Positions 13,480-27,625 of a DNA stretch of 64,000 nt are shown piece after piece (positions within the stretch are counted from its first letter, which is position 1; each line of letters starts with the position of its first letter). The notes under the pieces were generated by a model. It was not told the origin of the DNA and did not search any database. It saw nothing but the letters and a program-made list of their open reading frames with translations. Source of the stretch: Eledone cirrhosa (taxonomy: Eukaryota); contig CAXHJY010000522.1 in NCBI GenBank assembly GCA_964016885.1, positions 124,001-188,000 of the forward strand, in the 5' to 3' direction. The translations under genes were made by a program, and so were the position numbers.

Positions 13480-14220
13480 TCAGCTCCACATGCAAGCCCT
13501 GTTCTCTTACACCTGTACACAGTTTCATCCATTGAAAGATATTTCAGTACAACCATCATTTTCATTTAGATTCTTTTATGAGATTATCTATTTTTACTGC
13601 CTGCTTCCCCACCAACTGATTAGCATCAAGTCACTGATAAACAAGCATACAGTCTCCTCTCTTTGCCTGTTCTACCACAGCTAGAGGCCTCTGATCTTCA
13701 GACATGGCTGGTATCATGTCAACTTCATTCAGGCATTCCTGACTTATTTCCTTCCACCCATAAAATCGACTTCTTTGATATTGCATTAGCCACTACAACT
13801 AATCTTTCCTCCCCGTAATGTTTAATCTCTGGAATTTTCTCCATAAAAAGGAACAAAAAGTAGATGTCACTGGTATCAGAGGTCTTACGAACGTCCCAGA
13901 TTAACTCCCTAACTATGCCTTCCTGCAGAGCAAAGCAATATAGATTAAAAAAAGAAAAATTATTCATAGAACTCCTTGATTTCATAAATTAGTAATTATC
14001 TATAACACAGGCATTATTCTCATTACAATCAATACAAACAGTTTCACATTTCCCAAGTTAATCCTTCATTAATGGGGCTGCATCAACCAAATCTACAGTT
14101 AAAATACTTCTAGAATTCTACTTGGCAAAGGTTCCTTAAAGTAATGTTTTGATTATAGAAATGTAAATCCTCAAATGTTTATCTTTAACAGTAAACACCA
14201 ATGATTTTGGTATTTCTGTT
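13480..14220 (-). mobile_element. Decayed Gypsy-like LTR retrotransposon pol fragment (RNase H end / integrase zinc finger)
   Basis: IKHYGEERLVVVANAISK resembles IxHxxGxxNxVADALSR; YEIKEFY resembles YEKELxA; many stops. Confidence 0.4.
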
Positions 14221-14574
14221 GCTTTTCTGGCAAATAAAGATTATCATCATTATTATTATTAAAGTTTGTATTTACTTTTCATCCTTCCAAGATCAATAAA
14301 ATAAGTATCAGTTAAATAATGTTGATTTAATCAACTGTCCCTCACCATCTACAACATTTAGGGCCCTGTTTCATTATCATTGCTGTTGTTGTTGAAATAT
14401 AGCCAATACATTGATCTTCTCACTCCTCTGAAGACTACAACTATCATGAGACTACATACTTAACTTCCATCTTATTTATGTGAAGGTGAATAATAAGACA
14501 GTTGCTTTGGTGAGTTAGTTGCTACAGTTTGAGCTTGGGGATTCCAAAACCTATATTCTCTTGGAAATATTAAT

Positions 14575-14824
14575 TTAACCCATTTGTCACCCATAATAAA
14601 AGAGTTAGTGCTTATGATTTTCAATTAATTTTTTAAATAATCAAGAATTTGGAAGGATTTAGTATTAACTTTCTCATTATTTAAGCTGGTGTTTAGAAGA
14701 TAGTTTAACAAGGATTTTAAAATAAAACTACAATGAAAGGGTTTTAGATAAATATAAGCAATTAAAAACCTTTGTACTGTAGAACCAGGGGCAGTTGCAG
14801 GTTTTTCAGTATTAAAAGGATTAA
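14575..14824. mobile_element. TTAA-flanked ~250-bp MITE (piggyBac-like); related copies at about 15812-16063, 16589-16842, 24696-24928, 25887-26286 and 34140-34377
   Basis: Termini TTAA-CC(C)TTT...AAA(G)GG-TTAA and shared internal aataatcaagaattt..tttagctggtgttt motifs. Confidence 0.6.
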
Positions 14825-14939
14825 ATAAGAAGAAAGGATTTCTCAAGAAACATTGTTATATTATAGAAATAAGATTCACTTGAATTCAAGCTTCATGTGG
14901 TATTCTTTATTATGTATGATATGTAATATCACATATGGA

Positions 14940-15110
14940 TGCAGGCATGAGTGTGGTAATGAAATTTACTTTGGTACTAGAGCTTTGGATTCAATCCTAC
15001 TGTGTGGCACTCTTGAGAAAGTGTCTTCTTCAATAACCATCAACCAACCAATGCTTTTTAAGTGAGTCTGGTAGATGGAAATTGCAAGGAAGTCCATTTA
15101 CAATATATAT
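14940..15110 (+). mobile_element. Third SINE family (tail ggtagatggaaactg..aagaag); copies near 17510(-), 32735(+) and 36775(+)
   Basis: Degenerate tRNA head ggattcaatcc..ctgtgtggca...aagtgtcttct and shared 3' tail before (TA)/(TG)n. Confidence 0.6.
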
Positions 15111-15333
15111 ATGTGTGTGCGTACGGAAACTGTAAGGAAGTCCATTTACAATATGTATGTGTGTGTGTATTGTAAATGTGGTTGCCATTAGGAAGGGCAT
15201 TCAGCTATAGAAACCTAGCCAGAAACAGTTCTGTATAAACAAGACATGGTCATATGATCTAACTTGTCTTACAACAGGATAACTTGTTTAACCCATTCTA
15301 GCATGGAAAAAGGACATTAAATGGTGATGATAA

Positions 15334-15411
<78 letters not shown>

Positions 15412-18249
15412 TCAACATCATTTTATGTCCGCTTTTCCCTGCTTGCAATATATATTTATCATTGACTTAATACTAGCGATCTTCGTTAATTTTATAATAT
15501 ATATACATATATAATAAATCATTTAACAACCATTTTCCCCTGTTAATGAATATACACACAGGTGTGTGTACGTGTCAGCCCAAGCCATGTCTTCATACTA
15601 ATACTATTTACATCAGCAATAATATTTGTTTATGTCCTCTATAAATAATACATTCCACAGTGTAGCAGTTTGACAAATATCTGTAGTATGTATCATACTT
15701 AAAAATGAGTTGGCGTCAAGGATGGCATACAACTGTAAAAGATCTACCTTATATAGATGATAATAATAACTGTGATGACACTTGACATCAATATGGAGTG
15801 AGATCATTACATCAACCCTTTTGTACTAACCTAGCTAAGAACACCTCTTGTTCTATGATACAAAACTATTCATTTTAAAGTGTTTATATTTTAGTCATCT
15901 AAGTCTTCTATCATAATTGTACATAGGAACCTTTTGTTCTGAACACAAACTCAATATGAGAGAAGTTATATTACTCAACCACACAACATTCTTGTTTATT
16001 TTAAAAATTAATTGAAACACATAAACAATGTATTTCACTTGAGATATGATCAGATAAGTGTTAAAAGAAGCACAGAGTAAATGAATTAAAGTTCAGAGAG
16101 GTGATAGAAGCTAATCAGCAAGTTATTGGGATTATTATTTTAAATATTACTAACTAGATATGTGAAAAGGCGTTGATGAAACACCAACAAGTAATTTTTT
16201 TCTATAAATAATCTAATAGTTATAGCGTAATAATATCTGGTTTAGAAGAGTTACACTGTATGCCTGCATGTTATACGAGGTGACTTAAATGGTTCCACTT
16301 GAGTATCTAGCTGTGAAACATTGCCCCAAAAATGACCCCATATGAAGCTTATAATGGATCCTGCAAGGCTAAATCTTGCTTTAGCAGGAGAAATGGCCTT
16401 AAACAGTAGTTGTTAATATAAATGTAACATTGATTTATAGATAATCTTAATGGCAGTTTAACACCAACTCAATTTTGAACCAGCACACATGACCAAACAT
16501 TTTAACAGTGACTCCTGTTTTCTTAGAAATATCTAGGACTACATTTTCTAATGTAGTCCTTAGCCAGGCTCTAGCGTATGGAGCATGGTTTAACCATTTT
16601 TTATACCAAACTGTCAGAAACTTCCACTGGTCATATGATTCAAAACTACCTGTTTTAAAGCATTCATCCTTATATTAAAGCCTTACATCATTTTATTTAA
16701 GAACTTTAAAGATATCTTTCAAACACAAGTTTAATAATAAAGAAGATATTTTACTAAATCCCTCTAAATTTTTCATTATTTCCAAAATTAATTGAAACAC
16801 AATGGCAGTCTTTCATTACAAATAATGTAATGAAAGAGTTAAGTGAGATTTGCCTGCTATTTCTAGCAGGTCAAGCAACTATTGTAGAAGCTACTTTATT
16901 TGTCACATAATTAGAATGGTAATTATTATACCTACAATAAGAAATAAAATCTAAATAGCAATGGTTTTTGTCAACTTGCATTCTTGAACTACACTTGATA
17001 CTCTTTATTACAAATAGAGACTAAATTCTACACATCTCTATATAAACTAGATATCACTTATTAAATATACACTAGGGCTGACAAATAACCTAGTAAACCT
17101 GGTGAGCATTTGCCTGCCTCCACCCACGACCACCAGTAAATATACACTAACTCCACAAACATCCATATAAAGATATTATTAACTTCAACCACACACACAC
17201 ACACACAGCCAGCACCTTCCAACCCCATATCTTTATATAAGCAAGACATCACTTAAATACATGTCGTCAGCACCCTCCACTGTAGACAAATACCAACCTA
17301 GCACCCTCCACTGTAGATAAACACTAATCCAACACATCTCCTTATAGACAAAGTATCACTTATTAAACAATGCTTGTCACTTTAAATTACACCAACAAAA
17401 TACCAACCCTAAATATACCTGACTTGTTGAAACACTCAAAATTGGAACATATTGTTTATGCTGGACAGTGGTTAAAGCAGTGTCAATGTAAAGACATGGT
17501 GAAATACATTGACAAATGATGGATTTCCACACACTTTCTGCTTACCAAATTTCACTTACAAGTCATTGGTCAACCCAAAGCTATATTAGAAAAAACTTTA
17601 CCAAGGTAGCACAAAGTAAGATCAAACCCAAAACCATATGGCTACAATCAAACTTTTTAACCAAAGAGTTCTATATGTATATATCATCATCATTATCGTT
17701 TAACGTCCACTTTCCACACTAGCATAGGTTATATATATATGTGTGTGTGTGTGTGTGTGGGGGGGTATATATGCATATACACACATGTCGATAGAAAAGA
17801 CACTCTTTATTGTTGAGGACATAACCTCTCTAGTGATGGGGTCATGATAAAATGCACCTAGTCAAATAACCCAATGATTATTCTCTCAGGAATGTCTTTG
17901 CATGAACAAAGACAAGCAGAACCCCTACTTGACCACTCTTAAGATGCTGTCCTTGGATCATTTTTCGATGATCGATTACATAGATCGATTTTTAGCGATA
18001 CTCTTCTGGCATGAAATAGCGCTATAAGGTTTCACTTATGATTCCACCTATGTACATATTCTTCTATAGAAATGTTTTTGGCATATATACAATATACTGT
18101 GTTTCTCATACGATATATGGCTCTTTCTCTCTCTCTCTCTATATATATATCTTTTCATTTAGTTATTATGGCTCTAGATAAAGTCTATTGAGCTTGCTTA
18201 TTAAGAAACACATAATTCTAAACATATTTGATGTTTTGATTCATTATTT

Positions 18250-18283
<34 letters not shown>

Positions 18284-18465
18284 TTACTTATACACATGCA
18301 TTTACTCATTCTCTCTCACACACATATATTTACTCAAACACATACATACATACTATTAAGTGGTTCAGTAGATACATGGTTTACTCAGGAAGATACCAAA
18401 ATTAACACTACGCTATGGCACAGTGTATATATTAATCTCAGATGAGGTTTTGGTTTTATTTGTTT

Positions 18466-18556
18466 AACAAGTCTGATGAACAGATTGGCCTGGAGTCAGG
18501 TCTATAGCATTTAAGTGGATCCTGAGCCACCCATCTATGAAATGGTCATAATTGTG
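18466..18556 (+). ncRNA. Type I hammerhead ribozyme-like motif (slightly degenerate)
   Basis: CTGATGA at 18473-18479. Long stem II (acagattgg...ccatctat). GAAA at 18539-18542. Near-palindromic ATGGTCAT stem III, AUA triplet. Stem I acaagt/attgt with a bulge. Followed by AATAAA and (TA)n. Confidence 0.6.
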
Positions 18557-18597
18557 CATAATCAATAAAGACCTTAATGTGAAATCCTGCTTTGTTC

Positions 18598-18665
<68 letters not shown>

Positions 18666-19257
18666 TTAAGCCACATGCTAGTTTTTCAAGTATTTCTGTT
18701 GGAAAATGTGTGATTTATGCACAAATCATATTGTTTAGTTCTAATTCAATATTATATAAGCCACCAGTGTTTTGAAAAAACAACACCATGCTTCAGCAAT
18801 GGGCATATCAAAAGATTGAAATTACAGAAGTAAACTTTGTTCCATCATTATGTTTTTCTGGGTTTTTTTTCTGTTCAAATTCTAGCTGAGGTCATGGCTG
18901 TTGCATAATGATTATCACCAAAGTACATATAACAGAAAATATGAATAAACGAAGTTAATTTTAACCTGTTGACTTACACTTCTTGTTTTAAATTACTCCG
19001 GAATAAACAGACCCACCTGCGCACTTCGTAGAGTGCTCTACACAGTATACTAAAGTGTTGGTAATTCACCAGCACATACTCAAATTTATATATCATCATT
19101 TCATTTTACGTCCACTTTTCCCTGCTTGCGAGGGTGGGACGGGAACTGATTCTGGCTTGATTTCTACAGCTGGATGCCCTTCCTAACACCAACCTCATTT
19201 ACAGTGAGTGCTGGGTGCTTTTTTGCCGTGGCACCTCCACAACCACTTTGCAGTGGA

Positions 19258-19424
19258 ATGATAGGGACCCCAGTCTCTATCATCTCATTTCTACAGCTGA
19301 GTAAACTGGAGCAATGTGAAATAAAGTGCCTTGCTCAAGGAAACAACATCGCCCGGTCTGAGAATTGAACTCACAACCTTTCGATTGCAAGGCCAATGCT
19401 CTAACCACTAAGCCATGTGCCTCC
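19258..19424 (-). mobile_element. Second tRNA-derived SINE family (CORE/V-like ccttgagcaaggcactt domain); copies near 22900, 23665, 33830, 36160, 48565 and 50350
   Basis: A box tggcttagtggttag, B box gagttcaattc, followed by ccttgagcaaggcactttatttcacattgc. Confidence 0.75.
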
Positions 19425-19455
<31 letters not shown>

Positions 19456-20116
19456 TAGGTCCCACCTCCATTTTACAAGCACCATTTGCAATGGACAATA
19501 CATTTTGAATTGAGGTTTTATAGATCCAGTAGTTAAGTCACGTGCTGATTTTTCATGTGATATGTTTGTTGGATATATTTTCTCCTAGACAATTCTGTTT
19601 TGTTTACTTATTACTGCAGATCTTATACCTAACCACTCCACTAGCCTGGACTACCTGTGTATGGTGACAAAAAGAAAAAATATAACAAACATAAAAAAAA
19701 AAAATATAACAAACATCAAACCCAAATAACTTCTCTTCTGTTGTAATTAACATGTTTATATGTGGATAATTTCTTTTTTAGAAAACAAAAAAAAATTTGG
19801 GCCAGAATAACAAGGTTTCCACAGAAGTTTCTCTAAAATAAATAAATATATATATTCTGGTTTAACTACTACGATAGAGTTTTTACAAATGTTCTCAGAA
19901 AATGGTATATATATATTCAGGTACTGGGAGATACAAATCCCAATGTTACCAAACAATTACAAAACAGAAATTCTGAATTACTCTTTACAAGGGAAGCATG
20001 GTGGATCTAGGTCAGGCCAGGGTGAATATATTTCAGACTACAGTCGATACAGGTCATAGACCAAGGTGGATACATGTCAAACTAAGATGGTGCTTGGCCA
20101 GACCATGGATCTAGGT

Positions 20117-22154
20117 CAGGGGTTCCCAATCTTTTTTGTGTCATCGCCCAATTTCACAGGGAAACATTTTCAACTGCCCACCTCTGACGTTAATACTCAA
20201 AAGCATACAAAAATGTTAGGTAAAAGTTTGTTACCGGTTCGCAAAATAACTTTTTATGTGTACTTCACAAGAAGGGAAGCAGAAGAAAGATAGTTCAAGC
20301 ATGTTCTACAACGCGAGGGCCAAAAACGTGAGGTGTTCAGGATTGCTAGGCAATGTGTCAAGGAAAACCGTGATATTGTCGGGGAGAAGTGTGTACTTAA
20401 TGATGATGGCGTACTTGCCATCACTGATGCTGATAAGAAGGTAGCTTGGAAGTGTCACTACGAAAGGCTACTAAATGAGGAGAATAAATGGGAGAAAGAC
20501 AGTCTCCCCCACATCGACCCAATAGAGGGACCAGCAGTGTTAGCCGAAGGTAGTATAATAAGTAAGGCAATCAAAGATATGAAGACGGGCAAGGTGCTGG
20601 GCCTTCGGAAATAGTTGCTGAGATGTTGAAAGCCTCTGGAACAGTGGGACACACCATGGTCACACGGATAGTAAACCAAGTCATACAGGATGCGGTTGTT
20701 CCGAAGGACTGGCGTAACAGGATCATCATTAACTGTTACAAGGGTAAAGGAGATGCCCTAGATAGGAGTAACTCTAGAGGCATTAAATTAATCGACCAGG
20801 TCATGAAGGTCACGGAAAAAGTAATAGCACAACTAATCAGAGAGAGAATTGATCTAGATGAAATGCAGTTCGGGTTTGTGTCAGGCAAAAGTACCACAGA
20901 CGCTCTTTTCATTTACGACAACTACAGGAGAAGTACCTAGCTAAAAGTAAACCCCTATACTTAGCTTTTGTCGACTTGGAGAAAGCCTTCGACAGAGTCC
21001 CCCGTTCCATTATCTGGCGGGCTCTTAGAAAACTAGGTGTTGACGAATGGCTTGTGAGAGCTATACAAGCCATGTATAAAGAAACAGTCAGCAAGGTCAG
21101 AATTAACAACGAATATAGTGAAGAGTTTAGTGTAAAAGTTGGTGTTCATCAGGGCTCTGTTCTTAGCCCCCTACTATTTATTATTGCCCTTCAGGCTATA
21201 ACAGTGGAGTTCAAAACCGGCTGCCCATGGGAACTCCTATACGCAGACAATCTAACGCTCATAGCTGAATCAATGGCCGAGCTAGAGAAGAAATTCCAAA
21301 CATGGAAGCACGGCCTAGAATCAAAAGGCCTTAAAATTAACCTGGCTAAGACTAAAGTTCTAGTTTGTAGGAAAGAAAATAAGGCGCCGGTCCCTTCCGG
21401 GAAATGGCCATGCTCAGTGTGTAGGAAAGGCGTAGGTAGAAACTCCATTTTATGTCCCAAATGCAAAGTATGGGTGCATAAAAGATGTAGTGGGATCACA
21501 GGTAAGCTAACTAAGAACATAGATTTTACATGTGGCCGGTGCTCTGGTGCAATAAGTAGCAGCAAGTGCCCACAATATAGTAGCTCTTTCAATTGCACAG
21601 AGGGTTCTATAGAAATAGTGGACAGCTTCCATTACCTGGGTGACAAAATCAGATATTTGAATGTTGATGGCCTTTCTCAAAACTATAGAAAATATCAAAA
21701 TATTCCCTGTGTATCATCATCACCGTTTAACATCCACGCTAGCATGGGTTAGACAGATTGTCCTGTTGTGGGCAGTTCCCGGTCAGCTGACCTTGTCTTG
21801 CTCATACAGGAACTGATTTTGGCTTGATTTCTACAGCTGGATGCCCTTCCTAACACCAACCTCATTTACAGTGTGGGCTGGTGCTTTTTTGCCGTGGCAC
21901 CTCCACGACCACTTTGCACGGTTATATTTTATCTAAGAATGTGGTCCAGTTATTCCTATTTATTCTCCTGTGACTTTGATACAGGTTCTTGCATATCTCC
22001 TTTGACTATTTGAAATGCCTTCTAAATACTAAAAATCCTATATCACCTACCAAAACTTCCAGTTGCCCATCATTTTCTGTTTGGTTGCACATCACCCACC
22101 CAACAGTTGAAATCGCTCAACAGCAGGTGATATCACCCTGGTTGGAAAACCCTG
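20117..22154. mobile_element. hAT (Charlie-like) non-autonomous element hosting nested RTE and SINE insertions
   Basis: TIRs caggggttcccaa / ttggaaaaccctg; 8-bp TSD atctaggt (20109-20116) / atctaggc (22155-22162). Confidence 0.75.
20255..21652 (+). mobile_element. Truncated RTE LINE fragment (RT, YADN, PHD finger) nested in a hAT MITE
   Basis: ORFs 20333-20614, 20623-20940 and 20976-21652 with frameshifts; catalytic YADD mutated to YADN. Confidence 0.93.
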
Positions 22155-24676
22155 ATCTAGGCCAAACCAAAGTAAAACTCAAGTCAGACCATGGTCAAAG
22201 AAAGTTTTCTCACCAGTCTTTTTAGTTCAATATCTCTTAAGAAGTATTTGTTTTTATTGGTTTGGTCTGGAAAAAAGAGCTGTGCCAAGGGCCTTCACAG
22301 ACCCTGCAAGACTGGTAAGATTGATGTAAGTTACATTCTACTTGAATTGTTGCAAAGCAAAAGATGCATTAGGGAAAAGTGGGCAACAATGGATTCTAGA
22401 AAATTGACATTCAGAACAGAAAGGATTTGGGGGTAGTGGATGATAAGAGGATAGATAAGTAAGTTGGAAGTGCCTGAAGGCAGCACAAGACTAGCCAGCT
22501 CCAAGGAACAGAAACCACTGTAGTAGTAGTAGTAGTAGTATGACAGAGAGAGAGAGAGGAGACAGCATATCAATGTACCAGATGTTCCAAAGAGTTGTAT
22601 TTATATTAAGTATCATTAAAATACACTTAACTCATATTTCATACATTAGCTCTGTACAAGCTAATGCTTGCTTCAATAGTTTGAATTAAAGGACATTTTT
22701 TTACAGGCATCTAAGGGTTTGATCTGAGATTTATAAATTGTAACTGTTTTTGATTTTAATAAGTTAATAGGTCTGAACTTCAGTCTAGATATAAGCATAA
22801 CCCGAAATAAAAAAAAATACCCCTTTTAGAGCTTAATTTTACTGTTAACAAGTTACCAAAAAGAGGATGAGTGTGTGGTGATTCTGTCTATTTCTCTGAA
22901 GGTGTGTGGCTTTGTAGTTGGGGGTTTGGAACATAATCGTAAAGATGCACTTGATTCATGGTGGCATATTGTGGCCTTGAACAAGACACTTTATTTCTCA
23001 TTGCCCAAGTTCACTCTGCTGGCAAAATACAGTTATATTTCTAATGAAAAGGACCAGCTATTCAAATACGCATAGCGTCGTGTTGAATAGCCATGAGAAA
23101 TACGTTTGTCAAATGCTAAAACATTTGCATATTAATTTCACAAGCAGGCTATTCCATTGTTCAAAATACAAAGCCACACACCATGGAACACTCATTAATG
23201 GAACCCCAACACACACACACACACAAGCTATTTCTAAAGAACTTTCAGGCCCAGAGTCCTAAAACTGATACAATGACACTAAATGTCAGGAAAGTCATGG
23301 GAACAGCTTACTCAGAACTAGACCCTAAGGCACACTTTCCGCAACAAAGGTGCAAAATTCCCACAAGTGATCCACACATCCCCTGGTAGAAATCAAAGGA
23401 AGAGGTCTACAAAGTTTGATCATTTGACACTTTATATGAAATCATGTACCACATGTTGATTAATGTGCTCTTTATTTCTGTACCAAAATGTGAATCATTA
23501 CCCATCTACAGACACATAATACCAAATTAATTATGTAGCCGAAGAAAAAAAAATGAAATGAAATTACAGCCCACAGCTACGTAAATTTAACTGGTTTCCT
23601 TTGAGGTTGTATCTCATAGGACTTTTCTTGAATGTTTTAACTATCGGGCTCCTAGTTCCAAAATGAAAAGCAATGTGAAATGAAGTGCCTTGCTCAAGAA
23701 CACAACATGCTGCTTGAACCAGGATTCAAACCCCAAATCTTATGACCATGGGTCAAAACCCTAACTATTAGGCCAAATATCTTCACATGTAGACACATTG
23801 ATTATTTATGTTGATTGCTAATTGACAAATAACAACACCTTACAATAAGAAGGGTGATAATGACAACAACTACTCTCAGGTCACAAATAATAGGGGTGTT
23901 TGGAATAAACAGTGGGGGCGGGTCAATCATTTTTCTAGCTATCTCTCTCTTGATTTGTGAAATGTTCTTTTTTTGTCATGTATAATGATTTTAATGTCTA
24001 AAGAAAATCGCAGGAATGCTACCATTTACAATAAAATTTGCCAAAAAAGCATGCAGTCCACACTGTAAGGTGGTCATGTAGGCACCACGATAAAATGCAC
24101 CCAGTACTCAGTGTAAATGAAGTTGGTGTTAGGAAGGGCATCCAGCTGTAGAAATTAAGCCCAAATCAGTTCTGTATGAACAAGACATGGTCACCTGACA
24201 TTGCCCACAACAGGACAACTCGTCTAACCCATGCTAACGTGGAAGAATGGATATAAAACTGTGATGATGATAATGATAAGTTAGCAAACTTTAATAAGTG
24301 GGGCTGGGTGGGGAACTATTATTCTAACTAAATAATAAAATCAAGCAAGTCTGTTTATCAAAATTATATACACCTGCAAATTATTTGCAGAGCACAATAA
24401 CATATTTGGAATAGTTAAGTAGCACTGACCTAGCGGCTACCACTGACAAGAAATCTTTTAATTCATAAAATATCAAGACCAAAGGAAAAGAAAAACGACT
24501 TAGTTTAACAATCATATATCAATTTTCTTTGAATTTAATGCTGCACAATAAACAAAACAAAAACAGCTGGAAATAATTAATTCTCTGAAATGGCAATATT
24601 CTAGCAAAGATCAGAAACAAGAAGCACAGTTTATACGCTAATGTGTTTGTTATTCTAATTATTGTTTGCTTTATAG

Positions 24677-25606
24677 GTCACTCTTCATAAACATGTTAAC
24701 ACTTTCATTACCATATATTTCTAATAAAAAATACTGCCGATGATTTTCAATTACTGTTGAAAATAATCAAGAATTTAGAGGCAATTTGTAATATACGTAA
24801 CTTTTTCGTTATTTATCTCATGATTGGAACATAAAGGTTCTTACATAAAATAATGATGGAAAATTTAAATTTGAATATGAACTCAGAACCTGCATCGATT
24901 TTAGGTGAGTTCCTAACAAAAGGATTAACCCTTTTATGACCATATTTCTAACAAGAATATGCTATGTTTGTGTTTTAATTATGAAAATAATCAATAATTA
25001 TTTCATGAAATAACTTACTTTCAACTAAATAATAAAAGACTAATATTTAGCTACTGAAATCTAATATTATATATCAAGTAATAATGGTTTCTGATTTAGG
25101 TGCAAGGCAACCAATTTAGTGGGGAGGAGAAAGTCGAATAAAAGGCAAATTAACCTTGGTGAGATTTGAACTCAGTACATAAAGGGCTGTAACTCTATGC
25201 TGAGAAGCATGCTCAATGCATTACCGATACTGTCAATCCACTGCCCTTATTTGTCATGTAATAATTATTTCTACTTTTGGCACAAGGCCAGCAATTATCC
25301 CAGTACATTACTGGTACTTTATTTTATCAACCCTGTAAGGATGAAAGGCAAAGTTAACCTCATCGGGATTACATTACCTTTCATCCTTCTAAGGTTCTGA
25401 GTTCATATTCAAATTTAAATTTTCCATCATTATTTTATGTAAGAACCTTTATGTTGCGATCATGAGATAAATAACGAAAAAGTTACGTATATTACAAATT
25501 GCCTCTAAATTCTTGATTATTTTCAACAGTAATTGAAAATCATCGGCAGTATTTTTTATTAGAAATATATGGTAATGAAAGTGTTAACATGTTGAAGAAG
25601 AGTGAC
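24677..25606. repeat. 215-bp inverted duplication (24677-24891 vs 25392-25606)
   Basis: Arms are reverse complements with only a few mismatches. Confidence 0.93.
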
Positions 25607-27625
25607 TTATTTGTCATGTAATAATAAGACTTCAGTTGAAAGTTTGAATTCATATTTGAACATTTTAATAGAGGTCGTTTTAGGGCAGATTGGTGTCAAA
25701 GAATAAATTAATATTCAATTTGTGTTTTCTATTATGAGTATTTCAGAAACAATCAGAATATTATCCCTGAATACAACCAACCAGTTCAACCCATGCCATG
25801 TAAAATGATGACCAATGATGAAGATAACAATTTTGCAAAAATCCAGAGAAACACCCATATGAAATTATAAAATAACTTTTTACACATTAACCTTTCAGTT
25901 GACATAGTTCTAATAAAAGAATTAACCTATTATTTTCAAATAATTTTGAAAATAATCAAGAATTTAGAGAGATTTAGAAAAATAACAAGTTTTCATATTA
26001 TTTAGCTGGTGTTTGGAGCATAACTTCACACATTTTAATGAAATCTAATGCCTATGGTTTTCAAATAATTTTGAAATAATGAAGAATTTGGAGGGATTTA
26101 TTAATCCAACTTTCTCTTTATTTAGCTGTTGTATGAAATGTAAATTAACAAAGGTTATTTAACATAAAATTATGTTGGAAAGTCTTTTCTTTTTGTTTTT
26201 TCGGTACGTATGAAGTCTTTAGTAATAAACAATTTTTCTTATCGAAAAAGGGGTCAGTTTGAGGCAGGTTGGTATCAAAAGGGTTAAGTAAAGAGACAAC
26301 CTGGTTCAAAATATGTTTCTATGCAGGGGTGAATATTGCAGAGAATTAGGTTTAGGCCAGGTTAATATGTAGTTTTAGTTATGATGAGTGGGGAAAAGGG
26401 TGGTGTTGTACTTGGAAGCCAACTTTGTACTTCATCTTTTTGGTGGTTGGTGAATTAAAGTACCAAGAAGAAGAAGAAAGGAGGAGGAGGAGGAAGGAGA
26501 GGAGGGGAAGACAAACTAATTTCAATAATTTTTTAGGCTGCTAAGACTGTTGGGAAGGTGATAAAAAGCACAACACACCTCTCTTTTCGAAACTCCCTAT
26601 TTGATGCCATATGAAAACAAAACCAACATGTGTTTCAGAAATACAAACAAAAGCTGTGAAGTGTTGGTGTAGAATGAGAGATAAAGTAAGGTTTAAATGT
26701 TACAGATAGGAAGGAATGAACCTCTTGTGATTTAGACAATAAGTGTTTTAGTTGTTTGATGAATGGGACAGCCCACTCATGAAATTAATGTGTAAGTCAT
26801 TGAGCATTCCACAGACAATTCTCAGGGAGATTCAGCATTGACAAAGTGTTAGACAAGGCTGGCCCTTTGAATTCAGTCCACCCTGTGGGTTTTCAAACAC
26901 TTTATATCTACCTAGTTTCACTAGCAAGATGTCATGCAGCGGGATATAATGATTGTGAAGCAAACTTCTTAACCGTTTATCTATGCTGCAACCACAAATG
27001 TTATAGAAAAGGACCTTTATCATACTGCAAAGGAAACCTGTATCACACATATCTATAGTACTTCATTCCACCACCAACATCTAATTCCATTAATCCTGTT
27101 CTTTATTTCCAACCAGTTATTTCAACTGACACAGACAATCAGTGGGTTTACCTAGTGAATATTCTAATAGACATTTATTTGCATAACATTTCAACAACTA
27201 CAATTTCAAAAAAGGTCATTAGAAATACAATAATGAAAAGGTTAATGCATTTTTCAAACTTACCAAACATTCAAGTTTAGGAAGTGCAATAAATGCAAAA
27301 CTCCTGGCCAACAAGAATAGCTTCCCAGTTTTAATATATATCTTCTTATAATATATAACCAGCAATTTCTCTGTCTGTCTGTCCGACAGTGGAAACACGT
27401 GCGCGCGTGGTTGCTATCTCTCTATCTCTCCAGCTATCCCTCTCTTTTTAGTCTGTCTGATTCTCTCACTCTCACTCTTTCTCTTTGTAACACACTAACA
27501 TTCCTCCCCTCTATCGTTGTGACGAATGGGGAGATGGGGGAGGAGGAGGAGGAGAGAGTCACTTCGTCACTTCACCTCTGCCTTTCTTTCTCTCCCCTCT
27601 CACTCCCTCATTACGTACAGACATT

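Noticed and set aside
19350-19424. tRNA gene
   Set aside because: A and B boxes are present but there is no complete cloverleaf, and it continues into a repeated SINE body.
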